A stretch of DNA of 64,000 bases from a virus: positions 32,001 through 96,000 of the IMG/VR virus record IMGVR_UViG_3300042309_001504; one strand, given 5' to 3'. Position numbers and translations under genes: made by a program. This document shows positions 1 through 10,722 of this stretch, one piece after another (positions within the stretch are counted from its first letter, which is position 1; every line of letters starts with the position of its first letter). The notes beneath the pieces are model-generated. The model was not told where the DNA came from, made no database searches, and saw only the letters and a program-made list of their open reading frames with translations.

Positions 1-567
1 ACATCGTCTAATATCACAGATTTTAACAGTTCTGTCAGTGGATTGTTACCAGTTAAAGATGTTAATGGTACTGGTTATGTTGTTGTCACAGACAGTCTTG
101 GAATCTACACAGTAAGCGTAACAGGGCTACAACCATCAGGATCTTATGCTGCTAGTGTTCATACTCATATATCCAGCGATATAACTAATTTCAACAGTGC
201 GGTTAGTGGATTATTACCATCAACTCCTTATATTTTTGCTTCTGGTGGTGGCACATTAACTAGTGGAACAGCAACATTTTCGATTACTAATAATTTAGTT
301 AGTGGAACAATTATACCACAATCTTTATCGTTTAAATTTGGACAATCAGTATACGATCTTTCTGTTAATGTCACAGGATTAGTACAACCAATTAGTATAA
401 CTGGAGTATCTGGAGTAGCACAGGTATATTATAATAATAATTTAATTCAGGGTAGTGTAATAACGAGTGGTTCTCCATCATCATTTGATGTGTCGGTAAC
501 TTATACCGGTATGGGATCAGGGGTAACAACCTCGATTGATTTATATGTGGTTGGTATAAAAGTATAG
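1..567 (+). CDS. Tail fibre-like protein, C-terminal part (runs off left edge)
   Basis: Frame is open from base 1 (TSSNITDFNSSVSGLLP). The motif recurs as HTHISSDITNFNSAVSGLLP, resembling the HTHxxSDITD phage tail repeat. Ser/Thr/Gly/Val-rich. Confidence 0.6.
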   Translation, partial: TSSNITDFNSSVSGLLPVKDVNGTGYVVVTDSLGIYTVSVTGLQPSGSYAASVHTHISSDITNFNSAVSGLLPSTPYIFASGGGTLTSGTATFSITNNLVSGTIIPQSLSFKFGQSVYDLSVNVTGLVQPISITGVSGVAQVYYNNNLIQGSVITSGSPSSFDVSVTYTGMGSGVTTSIDLYVVGIKV

Positions 568-589
568 TTGTTAGATAAAGGACTAGCCT

Positions 590-1999
590 ATGTTAACATT
601 AGGATCATTAACATTAGACCCGTCGCCGTTTGTATCATCTAGTTATGAATATAAATTATTAAACAATGGCAGAGTGGTAGGAGTAGTTAAAAAACTAACC
701 CTAAGTGGTTCGATAATAAAAGAATCAGCATCAGATCTTCTTCTTGAAGCCAAAAAAATCAACGAATGGTTTGGATTACAAGCTAATAGATATATTAATA
801 ATGTTACTATCAATGGTCAAGTATATAATTTTATTATTATTGATTCTGTTAGTATTGATAATAGTGATTGGGTAAACAAATTAACATATTCCATCCAATT
901 GACTGCTCCACCAGAGAGCACTCTTGTAATTCCTTCTAATGTTTTGAATCTATCATATAATGATTTTATTGAACAAATAGATATAAGTGAAACATTGGAG
1001 TTAGAATCAGATAAACAAGGAACATATTATATAGCTGCTAATGGTTTTAAAACCGTTAACGGAACAGTAAAATGGAGTTGTAAAATAGGAGTAACTTGTC
1101 GTAGATCATCAACAAACTCTGCTATTAAAAATGCTGAGAATGTTTTGAGAAGAATTATATTAACAACTCCTGATAGAAAAGAATTTGATGAATATAAATT
1201 ATGGAATAAATTTTTACAAACCAGATCCATAAATATGAATGCTAGTAATGGATCCATAGATTTTGATTGTTCTGTTGTTATGATACCAGATACAATTATA
1301 AATAATTGTCTAGTTTCTTTTAATGAGTCAAATAGTCATAATTATGTGGAAAATAGCCATACAAAATCTTTTAATATGGAAATAGAAGGATTGGTGCCTA
1401 TAAATTGGTCGGATATTATAAATATATCATCATCTTGTTTACCAGGTAAATATGATGCAGCATATCAATTTGCAAATAGTATCGTTGGTGCGTACAGAAG
1501 TCCAGATAGTTATCAATCCTTAGACTTAATTTTGCAAAAACTAAATTGTCCAATTTTTTGTAATACTTCTACGGATGCCTTTTGTTATTCTCCGAGAAAT
1601 TCCACAGTAACACACTCTATAGTTGATGGTTCTGTAGGATTAAATTTTGAATGGGGATCTGATCGCAATAACTGTAATAACAATGGTATTTCTGTGGAAA
1701 TAGAAGAAACGATGGCATCATATAATCAAAGCATTAAAGAATTTACAAGTTGGGCTATGCCATATACCATAATACAAAATCTTAATTGTACGAAAGCGCT
1801 GATAAAAAGTTTTCAAATTTCTGCACAAAGTAGATATCAGTGTCCTAATAGCTTAGTCAGATCAGAAGCAACGAATGCCGCATCGAATGTTTATAATTTA
1901 TTACCATCAGAAGGAGAGTGGTTTTTAGTTAAACATACATCTTCTGAAACTAATACTTCCTACACTATTAATATGGACTTTGTAAGAGTATGCCCATAG
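590..1999 (+). CDS. Putative virion/tail structural protein
   Basis: 469 aa with AAGGA RBS, in the structural operon. N-terminus is similar to the next gene (PSPFV..YE..G....KLTLSG.I). Confidence 0.55.
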   Translation: MLTLGSLTLDPSPFVSSSYEYKLLNNGRVVGVVKKLTLSGSIIKESASDLLLEAKKINEWFGLQANRYINNVTINGQVYNFIIIDSVSIDNSDWVNKLTYSIQLTAPPESTLVIPSNVLNLSYNDFIEQIDISETLELESDKQGTYYIAANGFKTVNGTVKWSCKIGVTCRRSSTNSAIKNAENVLRRIILTTPDRKEFDEYKLWNKFLQTRSINMNASNGSIDFDCSVVMIPDTIINNCLVSFNESNSHNYVENSHTKSFNMEIEGLVPINWSDIINISSSCLPGKYDAAYQFANSIVGAYRSPDSYQSLDLILQKLNCPIFCNTSTDAFCYSPRNSTVTHSIVDGSVGLNFEWGSDRNNCNNNGISVEIEETMASYNQSIKEFTSWAMPYTIIQNLNCTKALIKSFQISAQSRYQCPNSLVRSEATNAASNVYNLLPSEGEWFLVKHTSSETNTSYTINMDFVRVCP

Positions 2000-3441
2000 A
2001 TAATGCATTTTTATTAATTAACAATAGTGCCATTAGACCAGCGCCATCTATAACGATGGAATACGAAAAATTTATGTCTGGTGAGTATTTAATTGGTGGT
2101 ATATTAAAAATTAATTTAGAAGGACAAATTATTGGTAACAATTTGAATGATCTTAATAATAAAATTAAAAATATTGTTAATTATAGTGGTAAATGTCAAA
2201 CCATTAAAATATCGTGTGGCGCCACTAAATTAGTTGATGGTATAGGATTTGTTGGAGCAGTAAATGTTACACCATCTGACCAACCCTTTATGGTCAACTA
2301 TACCGCTACCATTGATGTTGGTATTAATAATGGTAAAAAAGTAATTGTTCCTGATGAAAGATTTTTATCTCTTTATGATGTTAATATTCCTGATAATCTG
2401 ATATTAGCATCCTATGATGAATCGTTGTCGTTATCTGGAGATGAATCTTTATCTAATACTGGTTTTTATGGTCAGTCTTTTACAAAAGCTAGTCTAAAAT
2501 TTAGTGGAAGTATTAGTATTCAGGCCCACAATCATATGTGTTCCAATAATACAAATTCTATATTAGATCAATTATATAGTATACTAAATAGTAGAGCAAA
2601 TAGATTATTAAGTTTAGATTCCACACTAATAGACTCCTATCCTTTATTGCAAAATTATTGTAATGGATCTTGGGAGGCTATCCATGACACTAAATCTTTG
2701 TCAATTAATAAATTAGATCATAAAATTGAATGGAAATTTGATTTATTTATAATCAGTGGAGAATGTCATCCAAAAGGCATAGTAAGTGTTAATATTACAG
2801 AAAGCACGGATCAAACTACCGGATTAAGTACTTTTAGTGCTAAGGGTAGTATCAAAGGATTAAATAATAGAACATCTTCTGTTATAGATCATAATATTAT
2901 GAATAATGATAAAATTAATAATGCTAGACAAATTTATGATGATATGGCTGCTACTGGGCCGTATATTGGTGGAGCATATGGTTACGAAATTTTTGGATGT
3001 TTTACTGCTGCTAATTTACCTCCTAACACATGCTATCAAAGAACATCTTCGCAATCTACTCAATCTACAAATAATGGCCAAATAGAGTTTGATTTTACAT
3101 ATTCTGATGTAGAATCTTGCCAACTTGGTGGAAATAATATAGAAATATCTATTGATGAAGAATATCCAACACAAAAATATATAGAACATATTATTCCTGG
3201 CAGAGGATCAGCACTAGTACAAATCAGTAATTCTGTTTCTGCTTATAAGGTTAATATAACAGCAAGTGGTAAATTAAATAGTTGCGATACAACACAAATG
3301 AATAATTTAGTTAGTTGTGTTTATGGACAATTTTTACAAACAATCAATAGTAGAGGCTTTAATCAATATTTATTAATTAAAGAAGATATTACTCTTGGTA
3401 AATACTCATATAAGATTACTAGAAGTTATATAGGTTGTTAG
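1990..3441 (+). CDS. Putative virion/tail structural protein, paralog of 590..1999
   Basis: 483 aa. N-terminus PAPSITMEYE..G..IGGILKINLEGQI; similar length and C-terminal pattern to the upstream gene. Confidence 0.55.
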   Translation: MPIDNAFLLINNSAIRPAPSITMEYEKFMSGEYLIGGILKINLEGQIIGNNLNDLNNKIKNIVNYSGKCQTIKISCGATKLVDGIGFVGAVNVTPSDQPFMVNYTATIDVGINNGKKVIVPDERFLSLYDVNIPDNLILASYDESLSLSGDESLSNTGFYGQSFTKASLKFSGSISIQAHNHMCSNNTNSILDQLYSILNSRANRLLSLDSTLIDSYPLLQNYCNGSWEAIHDTKSLSINKLDHKIEWKFDLFIISGECHPKGIVSVNITESTDQTTGLSTFSAKGSIKGLNNRTSSVIDHNIMNNDKINNARQIYDDMAATGPYIGGAYGYEIFGCFTAANLPPNTCYQRTSSQSTQSTNNGQIEFDFTYSDVESCQLGGNNIEISIDEEYPTQKYIEHIIPGRGSALVQISNSVSAYKVNITASGKLNSCDTTQMNNLVSCVYGQFLQTINSRGFNQYLLIKEDITLGKYSYKITRSYIGC

Positions 3442-5754
3442 ATGAATATAGATTATACTATTAATAATGTTTCTTGTAATGGAGGAGATGATGGATCTAT
3501 ATCTATAGATACTATCGTATTAACCTCTGGCGAATATAATATTTATGGCTTTAATTATACTATTGATTGGACAGATAATATTGATAATGAACAATTATTA
3601 AATAGTAATTTAATTGCTACATCTTTAAGTGCTGATACTTATGGTTTTAGATTATTTGGAAATAGTACCTATAGTTCTTGGACATATGTAAACGTTACTG
3701 AACCATTACCACTAACAATTAACAGTATAATTAAAAACAATAATCCATGTAATACAAATGCAACTATAACCGTTAATATTAGTGGTGGGACACCGCCATA
3801 TACAACAACATATGATATTTACTCTATAGTCGGTTCTGGTACTGAAGTTGTATTTTCTGGACTAAATATTGATCTTAGTTCTTTAATATCTGTTACTGAT
3901 ACAGAAGGATGTTCTGTAACTAGCGACAGCACAACGGATATAGTTTTTTCTAATACTACTATTGATTTTTTATCACAAAGTCCACCATTAATTTATGATG
4001 ATCATTTAGAATCTTTTACTTTTTCTATTACTGGATATGGTCCATTCAAAATATTAATATGGAATACTGATGATAATGGTAATAAAAATACTGTTGTTGA
4101 TACAATAGAATTTTTTGATACATCTTATCTCACTAGTATTAATAATAATATATTTACTTATGATATAGGATCAATTATTTATCCAGGATCATATATTTTT
4201 GATATTATTGATTCTAATAACTGTTCAATTACAACATCTGTTTTAAATGCCCAGAATAGTAATCCTTTAAGTGTGAACTTAACATCTACTAATAATAATC
4301 CTATAGATAATGGATTTTTTATAAATACATCAACTATTTTTGATACATTATTGATACCAATCAATCTAATTATTAATAATAATAATTTATTAAATTTTAT
4401 AAAACAACTTAATCTTAATGATAAAATTTTGATTAAAATAAATGATGTAGAATATTTACAAAAGGTAATTCTATTTAACAAAAATAAAAGTAATATTGAT
4501 AATAATTATTTAGATATTTTGCAATTAGCGCCATCTTTAGATTGGTGGTTTTTTAGCATACCAATAGCTATAGGATTTGATTATACTACTCTCACAAATA
4601 TTTTTACAGATAATATACGTTTAGTATATAATAATGAAGAATATACTATTATTCCCGAACTAGATAATGAATCATCAACCATTAAACTAATTAGAGGAGC
4701 ATTAATATCAACAGCATTTAATACTTCCCAATTTAGCAAAAATAATAAAGTAGGAGTTTATTCTTTAAGTGGATCAGAATATACACTAATACAAGAAATA
4801 GAATCCACCTATAATACATCCCTATATAATACTTATGTTGCCGGTTTAGTATATCATATTAATTTTATGGATAATAATATTATTAATAGTAATATAGATA
4901 TTTTTAATCCACAAATCGATGCTCCATCACTAGATAAACTATCCTATCAACAAAAGGTTAAGAATGCTTTGGCTTTCATAAACAATACAAATAATACCAC
5001 ATATATTGCTGCATCACAAAATTATCAAAACAATGGTGGAATAACCTTTAATATTACTGGTGGATATATAGATAATAATTATTCTATAGAATATAAATAT
5101 TGGAACGAAGAATCTAATAATTTACAAAATATTTATTTGAATAACAATCCTTTAACTCAAACAAGAGCATACGGATTAAAAGAAGGCGTATATATTGTTA
5201 AAATTACAGACAAATATAATAATAAAATTAAAATATTAAATAATATATCTTATGATAATCATTATAGTGAAGCATTAAATTATATATATAATATTTTTAA
5301 TACTACTCCATCAAATTTAAATTTTCAGTATGGAGATCTACTAATTCCAGTATATAGATTGGGTTCGTCATCTACCACACTTCAAAATAGTATAATAGGT
5401 ACTGATCCACCAATAATTCCACCAGTTCCTGATCCTATAATTTTAACAGAAGAAATTATACAAGTTAATGTTACTAATAATAGTATATATAATAATAGTT
5501 TAATAGTAACTATTAATCCAACTAATATTAGCGCACATATTAGTGGTCCTAATGGTTATAATAAGATATTTTCTAATAAAACACAATTTAATAATTTACC
5601 ACCAGGGGTATATTATATAAGTGGTAATGATAATGAATTAAGAAATAATTATTTATTTAACAAATTAACTAAAGTTTATGTTAGCAATAATTTACAGGAT
5701 AATATTAATATTATTTTTGATAGTTATTTAAATCAATATATTGTAGGAAATTAA
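3442..5754 (+). CDS. SprB-repeat-containing adhesin-like structural protein
   Basis: Motifs VSCNGGDDGSISI, ISGGTPPYT, VTDTEGCS, IIDSNNCS and NLPPGVY are typical of SprB repeats. Confidence 0.65.
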   Translation: MNIDYTINNVSCNGGDDGSISIDTIVLTSGEYNIYGFNYTIDWTDNIDNEQLLNSNLIATSLSADTYGFRLFGNSTYSSWTYVNVTEPLPLTINSIIKNNNPCNTNATITVNISGGTPPYTTTYDIYSIVGSGTEVVFSGLNIDLSSLISVTDTEGCSVTSDSTTDIVFSNTTIDFLSQSPPLIYDDHLESFTFSITGYGPFKILIWNTDDNGNKNTVVDTIEFFDTSYLTSINNNIFTYDIGSIIYPGSYIFDIIDSNNCSITTSVLNAQNSNPLSVNLTSTNNNPIDNGFFINTSTIFDTLLIPINLIINNNNLLNFIKQLNLNDKILIKINDVEYLQKVILFNKNKSNIDNNYLDILQLAPSLDWWFFSIPIAIGFDYTTLTNIFTDNIRLVYNNEEYTIIPELDNESSTIKLIRGALISTAFNTSQFSKNNKVGVYSLSGSEYTLIQEIESTYNTSLYNTYVAGLVYHINFMDNNIINSNIDIFNPQIDAPSLDKLSYQQKVKNALAFINNTNNTTYIAASQNYQNNGGITFNITGGYIDNNYSIEYKYWNEESNNLQNIYLNNNPLTQTRAYGLKEGVYIVKITDKYNNKIKILNNISYDNHYSEALNYIYNIFNTTPSNLNFQYGDLLIPVYRLGSSSTTLQNSIIGTDPPIIPPVPDPIILTEEIIQVNVTNNSIYNNSLIVTINPTNISAHISGPNGYNKIFSNKTQFNNLPPGVYYISGNDNELRNNYLFNKLTKVYVSNNLQDNINIIFDSYLNQYIVGN

Positions 5755-5758
5755 AATT

Positions 5759-8700
5759 ATGCCATGTCAAAATGTTTCCGCCACGATGGCACTATATGAT
5801 GCTATAACACAAGTCAATATCTTTGGTAATACTCCGATAGAAATTACTTCATTTACTTCTAATATAGGATTTAATAATCAAGAAAGTTCTGTTTCAATAG
5901 ATCTTGTCATTAATCAGTGTACAGTTGGAGGAATAGCGGATCTAAATACTGGATATGCGGTAAATTTTATATGCAATGGTTTTAGTTTTGGAGGCATAGT
6001 TAAAAGAATAGAATACTCCGAGAGTGATGCTGGTATCAAATATAAGATAGAGATTGGGGACACAAGAAAGTTATTAGACGGAGTACAACTACTATTAAGT
6101 GGATATTATTGTAATTTACAAGGTGGTAATTTTATCAATGTATTAAATTTAATAGAAGGAAGATCAGCTGGATCAGCATGTAGTGGACAACTATCTCCAG
6201 GATCATTACCATCAATCGGCAATTGCGCCTTTTATGGTTTAAGTGGAGCGGGAACTGGTCGAGGTATTTCGTATTTACAAGCTATAACGGCTATAGCAAA
6301 TAGTAATAGTCCAGTATTAACAACTGCTGGTACTAGTTTGTATATGAATTTAAGCCCTATAGTAGGTTTGGCAAGTACTATTCCATATGCTACCACAGAT
6401 GGCTCTAGTATGAGTTTGTTAGAAATGATTACAGCCATTTGTGATGAATCAGGATACGACTTTATAACAACGTTAGTTGGTAATATTATCAATTTTATAC
6501 CAATAAACAGAAGAACTAATCCTCAGTTTGGTCAAATTTCATCACTAATTAATTTAGCAAGATCTGGTGGAACTCTTATATCTGCTAGTCAGGGTTTGGA
6601 AGAAACCTATGAACCAACTAGTAAAATAGTAATAGGAGATAAGGTTCAATATTTAAAAACAGGGTCATCTTATTGGTCACCATCTTTTACCACAATGTTA
6701 TTGGGATACACTAACGATGGTTATCCTATTAGGGCCACACAACAGCAGCTCAATAGTGGAATAAATATAAATACAACCACACTAGCATCATCTTTTGCAT
6801 CAGTAGGCTATAATATAGCAAATTCTTTATCTATCAAAGAAAGTGAAATTTTATCTTTAGGAAGTTTATCATTCTGGAAAGCATATTCGTTAACTAATAC
6901 GGATAGTATTGGAGCATATATTGGTCGAACTTTGTTGGGAGAACAATGGGAAACGCTAACCACCCAAGCTATTAACTCATTACTAACAATAGCTGGACAA
7001 AATAAATTAGGAGAATACTCAGCTTTACAACAAGCAATAAATAGTGTGGTGAAATCAGCAACTATAGCAGCACTATTTGATGATGTTGCTTATAGATGGC
7101 TAAAATCTTTTGTTGATGAATATTATGGTAAGCAATGGTTAGTAAATATTAAATCTAGAGTATGTTATAATGCTCCATATGGTCTTTATGGCCCATCAAT
7201 ATCCGAAGGTGGATCAATATTAGTATCAGATGCTCCTTCTGATGGCGGATGGCCAGATAGCAGTAATATATTAGGATTGAATTATGGAACAGCAGATACT
7301 AGTTTATTTCAGTTAGATGATGGTCGCATAGGATCATTTATAGCTTTTAGAAGTAATATTATTGCTAATAAAACATGGAAAAATAACTCAATAGTTTATT
7401 ATCTTAATACTGGTTTATTAAGTGGTGAGTATATATCTAAAAATGGTTTTATATATATGCCATGTTCTATAGATAGTAAAATGTATAACGGTATTGATAA
7501 TAATGTTGAACTTTTAGTAAAAACACCATTTATTCCACTAAGTATTAGGCCCACAACATCAACTACTATTGCTAATGGATTGTATGCTTTAAGTGTTTTA
7601 GCAGGCGCTAACTTAACAAATATTCCACCAGATGCAAAAAGCGGTATTAATCCTACAATTTTTAATAATCTAAAAGATAATCCTGCGGCTGCTTCTTTTG
7701 ATGGTATTTGTTTACCAATGAAAAGTAATATGTATGTTTATGGTCCATATATGGGATCTAGTGGTCAGGTCGGAGGCACAATAGTTCAGGAGATGAATGA
7801 CTTAAATCCTTGGACATATGGCGGTGTTCAAAATATGAATTCTATTGGACAAGCATTAGCAAATAATGGATTTAAAGGACAAAATAAATCTGAAAGCGGA
7901 TCAATAACATTAGCAGAAGCACCAGCGTATTCTTTGGGGCCGGTAGCATCTTTAGGAGGTTTGGTTTTAGGAAGTGTTAGTACAAATTTTGGAGAGAGTG
8001 GAGTTACAACAACATATAATTTTCAAACGTTTACTCCTAAATTCGGTAATTATGCACAAGCATTGGCTAACAATGTAAAAAGAGGAGTTGAAAATCGTAA
8101 ACAAATATTCAAATATATCAAAGAATTTAATCAAAAAACAATTACCAGTATCAATAACGCTAGAACATCTGTTGTAAAAAGTACTTGGAATCTAAACAAT
8201 CCGATTAACAATACTCCAATAAATCAATCATCTAGTGCTTCACAAAATAGTCCTAATATACTATTATTTAGTAATTATATTTTAAGAGGAGACATAGACG
8301 TTCAAGCTAGTTCTGGTGGTGGAGGTGGTGGTTTTGGTTCTTTTGCTATAAATCCATTTTCGTGTGAACAAATTTGTGATGGAGTACAACCAATAGGTCT
8401 TTTGCCGGGAAATAGTGGTAGTAATAATAATAAGAGAATATATTCGTTATCTGGTTTTGAAAAAACAGATGCTATAGATCAATTTTTAGACGCTAATAGA
8501 TATTCTGCATATGCTATATCATCCACAGATGCAATTTTTGCACCAGTATCTTTACGAGGATCTGGTTCGTTACCAAGATTAATTCATACTAACGTTAATC
8601 AAAATATACCGTTAAGCAAATCAAGAGGCTGTATGCCACCAATATGGTTGGCTGGAAATATTATTGGGAATTTGCCCATCACACAATTATATCTCAATCC

Positions 8701-9757
8701 CATGCTATCATATGCTAATTTATCAGAGTGGGATGGCAGACGGGGATCTAGTAGTGTTGGTTTTACAATTAGTCATATTACATATGGTGATGATCCATCC
8801 ACACTATTCCAACTTGATGATACTGATAGACAATACCAATCAGACTTTAGATTTTCTGCATTAAAGGGACCGTTGGTATTACAAAGCTGGGGATATGATA
8901 CTAATGGTAAACCCATACCAAACAAAGCTGATAGTCCAGCAAATTGTGAAAATGGTAATTTTAATAAAACGGGTTTATATGATCAGTTTATGGGTAATTG
9001 GTTAGGTAATCCTAAAACATGGCCAGTTGGTCCTATTGATTTAAGATGGGATAGAGATCGAGGAGTTTGGGTCGCACCACCACCAGAAAAAATTGTTGTG
9101 GCACAATTATTGAGTGATTTAAATCCTGGTGGATCAGCACAGGCAGTATTATTAAATCCTGGCAGTGGAACAGGTTTATTTTTTAATCAATATGATGTTT
9201 ATGGTCCTAACGGAGAACATATAACAGGTAATATTAGTGATGCTCAAATAGTTGTTGGAGATTTTTTGGGTCGTAAATTATGTAAAGGTACAAGAATTTA
9301 TGCTTATCATTATGATGATGGTAAATATATTGCTTTAGAGGCTAGTATTGTTAATGAAGAAACTTGTGAATGTGATTGTGAAACACCAACGCCATCAACT
9401 ACAACACCCACCACAACCGAAACAACGCCTCCTACAACACCCCCAACAACACCCCCAACAACACCCCCAACAACACCCCCAACAACACCCCCAACAACAC
9501 CCCCAACTACGCCACCAACACCAACTACACCTCCTACAACGCCTCCAACTCCAACAACAACATATACGATTACTACAACGCCAACTACACCAACAACGCC
9601 ACCCACTACTCCGCCTACCACACCTCCTACAACGCCACCATGCGATGTTTGCGATTTGGTCGATTGTTTAAGTCAACTTGGCGGAGACGGAGTACTCGGT
9701 ATTTCTGGAGGATGTTTGAAAATTTATCCGTTGACTACATGTCCATCTGAAACTTAA
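5759..9757 (+). CDS. Large virion protein (tail hub/tip-like N-terminus) with C-terminal Pro/Thr stalk
   Basis: 1332 aa. The N-terminal beta pattern (FSFGGIVKRIEYSES..YKIEIGD.RKLL) resembles tail hub proteins. PPTT repeats are flanked by Cys clusters. Confidence 0.55.
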   Translation: MPCQNVSATMALYDAITQVNIFGNTPIEITSFTSNIGFNNQESSVSIDLVINQCTVGGIADLNTGYAVNFICNGFSFGGIVKRIEYSESDAGIKYKIEIGDTRKLLDGVQLLLSGYYCNLQGGNFINVLNLIEGRSAGSACSGQLSPGSLPSIGNCAFYGLSGAGTGRGISYLQAITAIANSNSPVLTTAGTSLYMNLSPIVGLASTIPYATTDGSSMSLLEMITAICDESGYDFITTLVGNIINFIPINRRTNPQFGQISSLINLARSGGTLISASQGLEETYEPTSKIVIGDKVQYLKTGSSYWSPSFTTMLLGYTNDGYPIRATQQQLNSGININTTTLASSFASVGYNIANSLSIKESEILSLGSLSFWKAYSLTNTDSIGAYIGRTLLGEQWETLTTQAINSLLTIAGQNKLGEYSALQQAINSVVKSATIAALFDDVAYRWLKSFVDEYYGKQWLVNIKSRVCYNAPYGLYGPSISEGGSILVSDAPSDGGWPDSSNILGLNYGTADTSLFQLDDGRIGSFIAFRSNIIANKTWKNNSIVYYLNTGLLSGEYISKNGFIYMPCSIDSKMYNGIDNNVELLVKTPFIPLSIRPTTSTTIANGLYALSVLAGANLTNIPPDAKSGINPTIFNNLKDNPAAASFDGICLPMKSNMYVYGPYMGSSGQVGGTIVQEMNDLNPWTYGGVQNMNSIGQALANNGFKGQNKSESGSITLAEAPAYSLGPVASLGGLVLGSVSTNFGESGVTTTYNFQTFTPKFGNYAQALANNVKRGVENRKQIFKYIKEFNQKTITSINNARTSVVKSTWNLNNPINNTPINQSSSASQNSPNILLFSNYILRGDIDVQASSGGGGGGFGSFAINPFSCEQICDGVQPIGLLPGNSGSNNNKRIYSLSGFEKTDAIDQFLDANRYSAYAISSTDAIFAPVSLRGSGSLPRLIHTNVNQNIPLSKSRGCMPPIWLAGNIIGNLPITQLYLNPMLSYANLSEWDGRRGSSSVGFTISHITYGDDPSTLFQLDDTDRQYQSDFRFSALKGPLVLQSWGYDTNGKPIPNKADSPANCENGNFNKTGLYDQFMGNWLGNPKTWPVGPIDLRWDRDRGVWVAPPPEKIVVAQLLSDLNPGGSAQAVLLNPGSGTGLFFNQYDVYGPNGEHITGNISDAQIVVGDFLGRKLCKGTRIYAYHYDDGKYIALEASIVNEETCECDCETPTPSTTTPTTTETTPPTTPPTTPPTTPPTTPPTTPPTTPPTTPPTPTTPPTTPPTPTTTYTITTTPTTPTTPPTTPPTTPPTTPPCDVCDLVDCLSQLGGDGVLGISGGCLKIYPLTTCPSET
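9434..9505 (+). repeat. Six perfect 12-bp tandem copies of ACAACACCCCCA (TTPP)
   Basis: Read directly. Lies within a longer degenerate Pro/Thr-coding tract at about 9380-9640. Confidence 0.95.
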
Positions 9758-9763
9758 TAATAT

Positions 9764-10390
9764 TTAAACGCAAATATCATTAATACAGGTTTTACCTTCT
9801 TCACAACCAGGTAATGGGTTGCTACACTCAGGATCATTTTCCGTGTCACAATAATAACAATTTGATCCGCATGGATTTGTGGCACATTGATTGTTGCAGC
9901 AATATCCTTGAATAGATGTAATTGTTGCATCACATTCTGGAGGTAAATCTAATCCTATAACATATTGATTCGCTTCTTCATAAGATTCAAATGGACCAGC
10001 ATCTCCAGTACATCCTGTATCTTCTGGATTTGTTGGTCCACAAGCACTATTACATGCGATTTCATCGGTATAGCAGTCATTTTCTGGTAAACATGTTTCA
10101 GTACATGTTCCTATAATACATTCGTCTCCATTACAAAAATAACACGGTGATGTGTTTCTATATACATCCACATACCAGTAGATACAATCCTCATTAAATT
10201 CACAAGGATAACCACTACTACTTCCTGATCCGCTACTACTTCCTGATCCGCTACCACTAGTTCCTGATCCACTTGATGATGCGCTACTACTAGATGGAGG
10301 TAAACAACAACAATCTCCAGGACCTAATACTAAACTATCTCCGAGAGAATATATTGCTCCTTCACCATCCCACAGTATTGCATCACTCAT
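9764..10390 (-). CDS. Cys-rich acidic protein with Ser/Gly linker
   Basis: 208 aa with a DCCC motif, SGSGSS linker and many Cys. Convergent with the structural operon. Confidence 0.7.
   Translation of the reverse strand: MSDAILWDGEGAIYSLGDSLVLGPGDCCCLPPSSSSASSSGSGTSGSGSGSSSGSGSSSGYPCEFNEDCIYWYVDVYRNTSPCYFCNGDECIIGTCTETCLPENDCYTDEIACNSACGPTNPEDTGCTGDAGPFESYEEANQYVIGLDLPPECDATITSIQGYCCNNQCATNPCGSNCYYCDTENDPECSNPLPGCEEGKTCINDICV
10211..10270 (-). repeat. Imperfect 18-bp tandem repeat encoding SGSGSS
   Basis: CTACTACTTCCTGATCCG units visible on the + strand. Confidence 0.8.
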
Positions 10391-10393
10391 TTA

Positions 10394-10720
10394 TCAATCT
10401 TTTTTGTTAGGATTCCACTTGTGCCAACCTTTGTTTGGTAACCAATTACCTTCGTCATCTTTTCTTTTTGGAAATAAAGTACCACCTTTTTTATGTTGCC
10501 CAAATGATAGTACGGCCCCACAATCAGAACATCTTATTTCATAATAATCATTACCATCAACATTACGAACAATAAATCTTAGATTTGAATTATTACATAG
10601 TCCGCATTTTTCTTCAGAAAAAATTTCTTGTATAACAGCAAGTTCTTTAAAAACCTCTTTCTGACCTTCTCCTTCTAATTCAAATTCTAACTTATCATTC
10701 ACTTTATATTTTAATTTCAT
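10394..10720 (-). CDS. Hypothetical zinc-ribbon protein
   Basis: CGLC...CSDC pairs; adjoins the upstream gene. Confidence 0.7.
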   Translation of the reverse strand: MKLKYKVNDKLEFELEGEGQKEVFKELAVIQEIFSEEKCGLCNNSNLRFIVRNVDGNDYYEIRCSDCGAVLSFGQHKKGGTLFPKRKDDEGNWLPNKGWHKWNPNKKD

Positions 10721-10722
10721 AA

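Noticed and set aside
3439-3444. TAG immediately followed by in-frame ATG (readthrough fusion); similar TAA-ATG junction at 55518-55523
   Set aside because: Tight gene packing is the norm here, and the upstream protein ends where its paralog ends.
9434-9505. Possible CRISPR array
   Set aside because: Contiguous 12-bp units with no spacers, in frame within a CDS.
9310-9671. Gly/Val-rich minus-strand and Gln/His/Pro-rich plus-strand ORFs
   Set aside because: Alternative-frame readings of the TTPP repeat.
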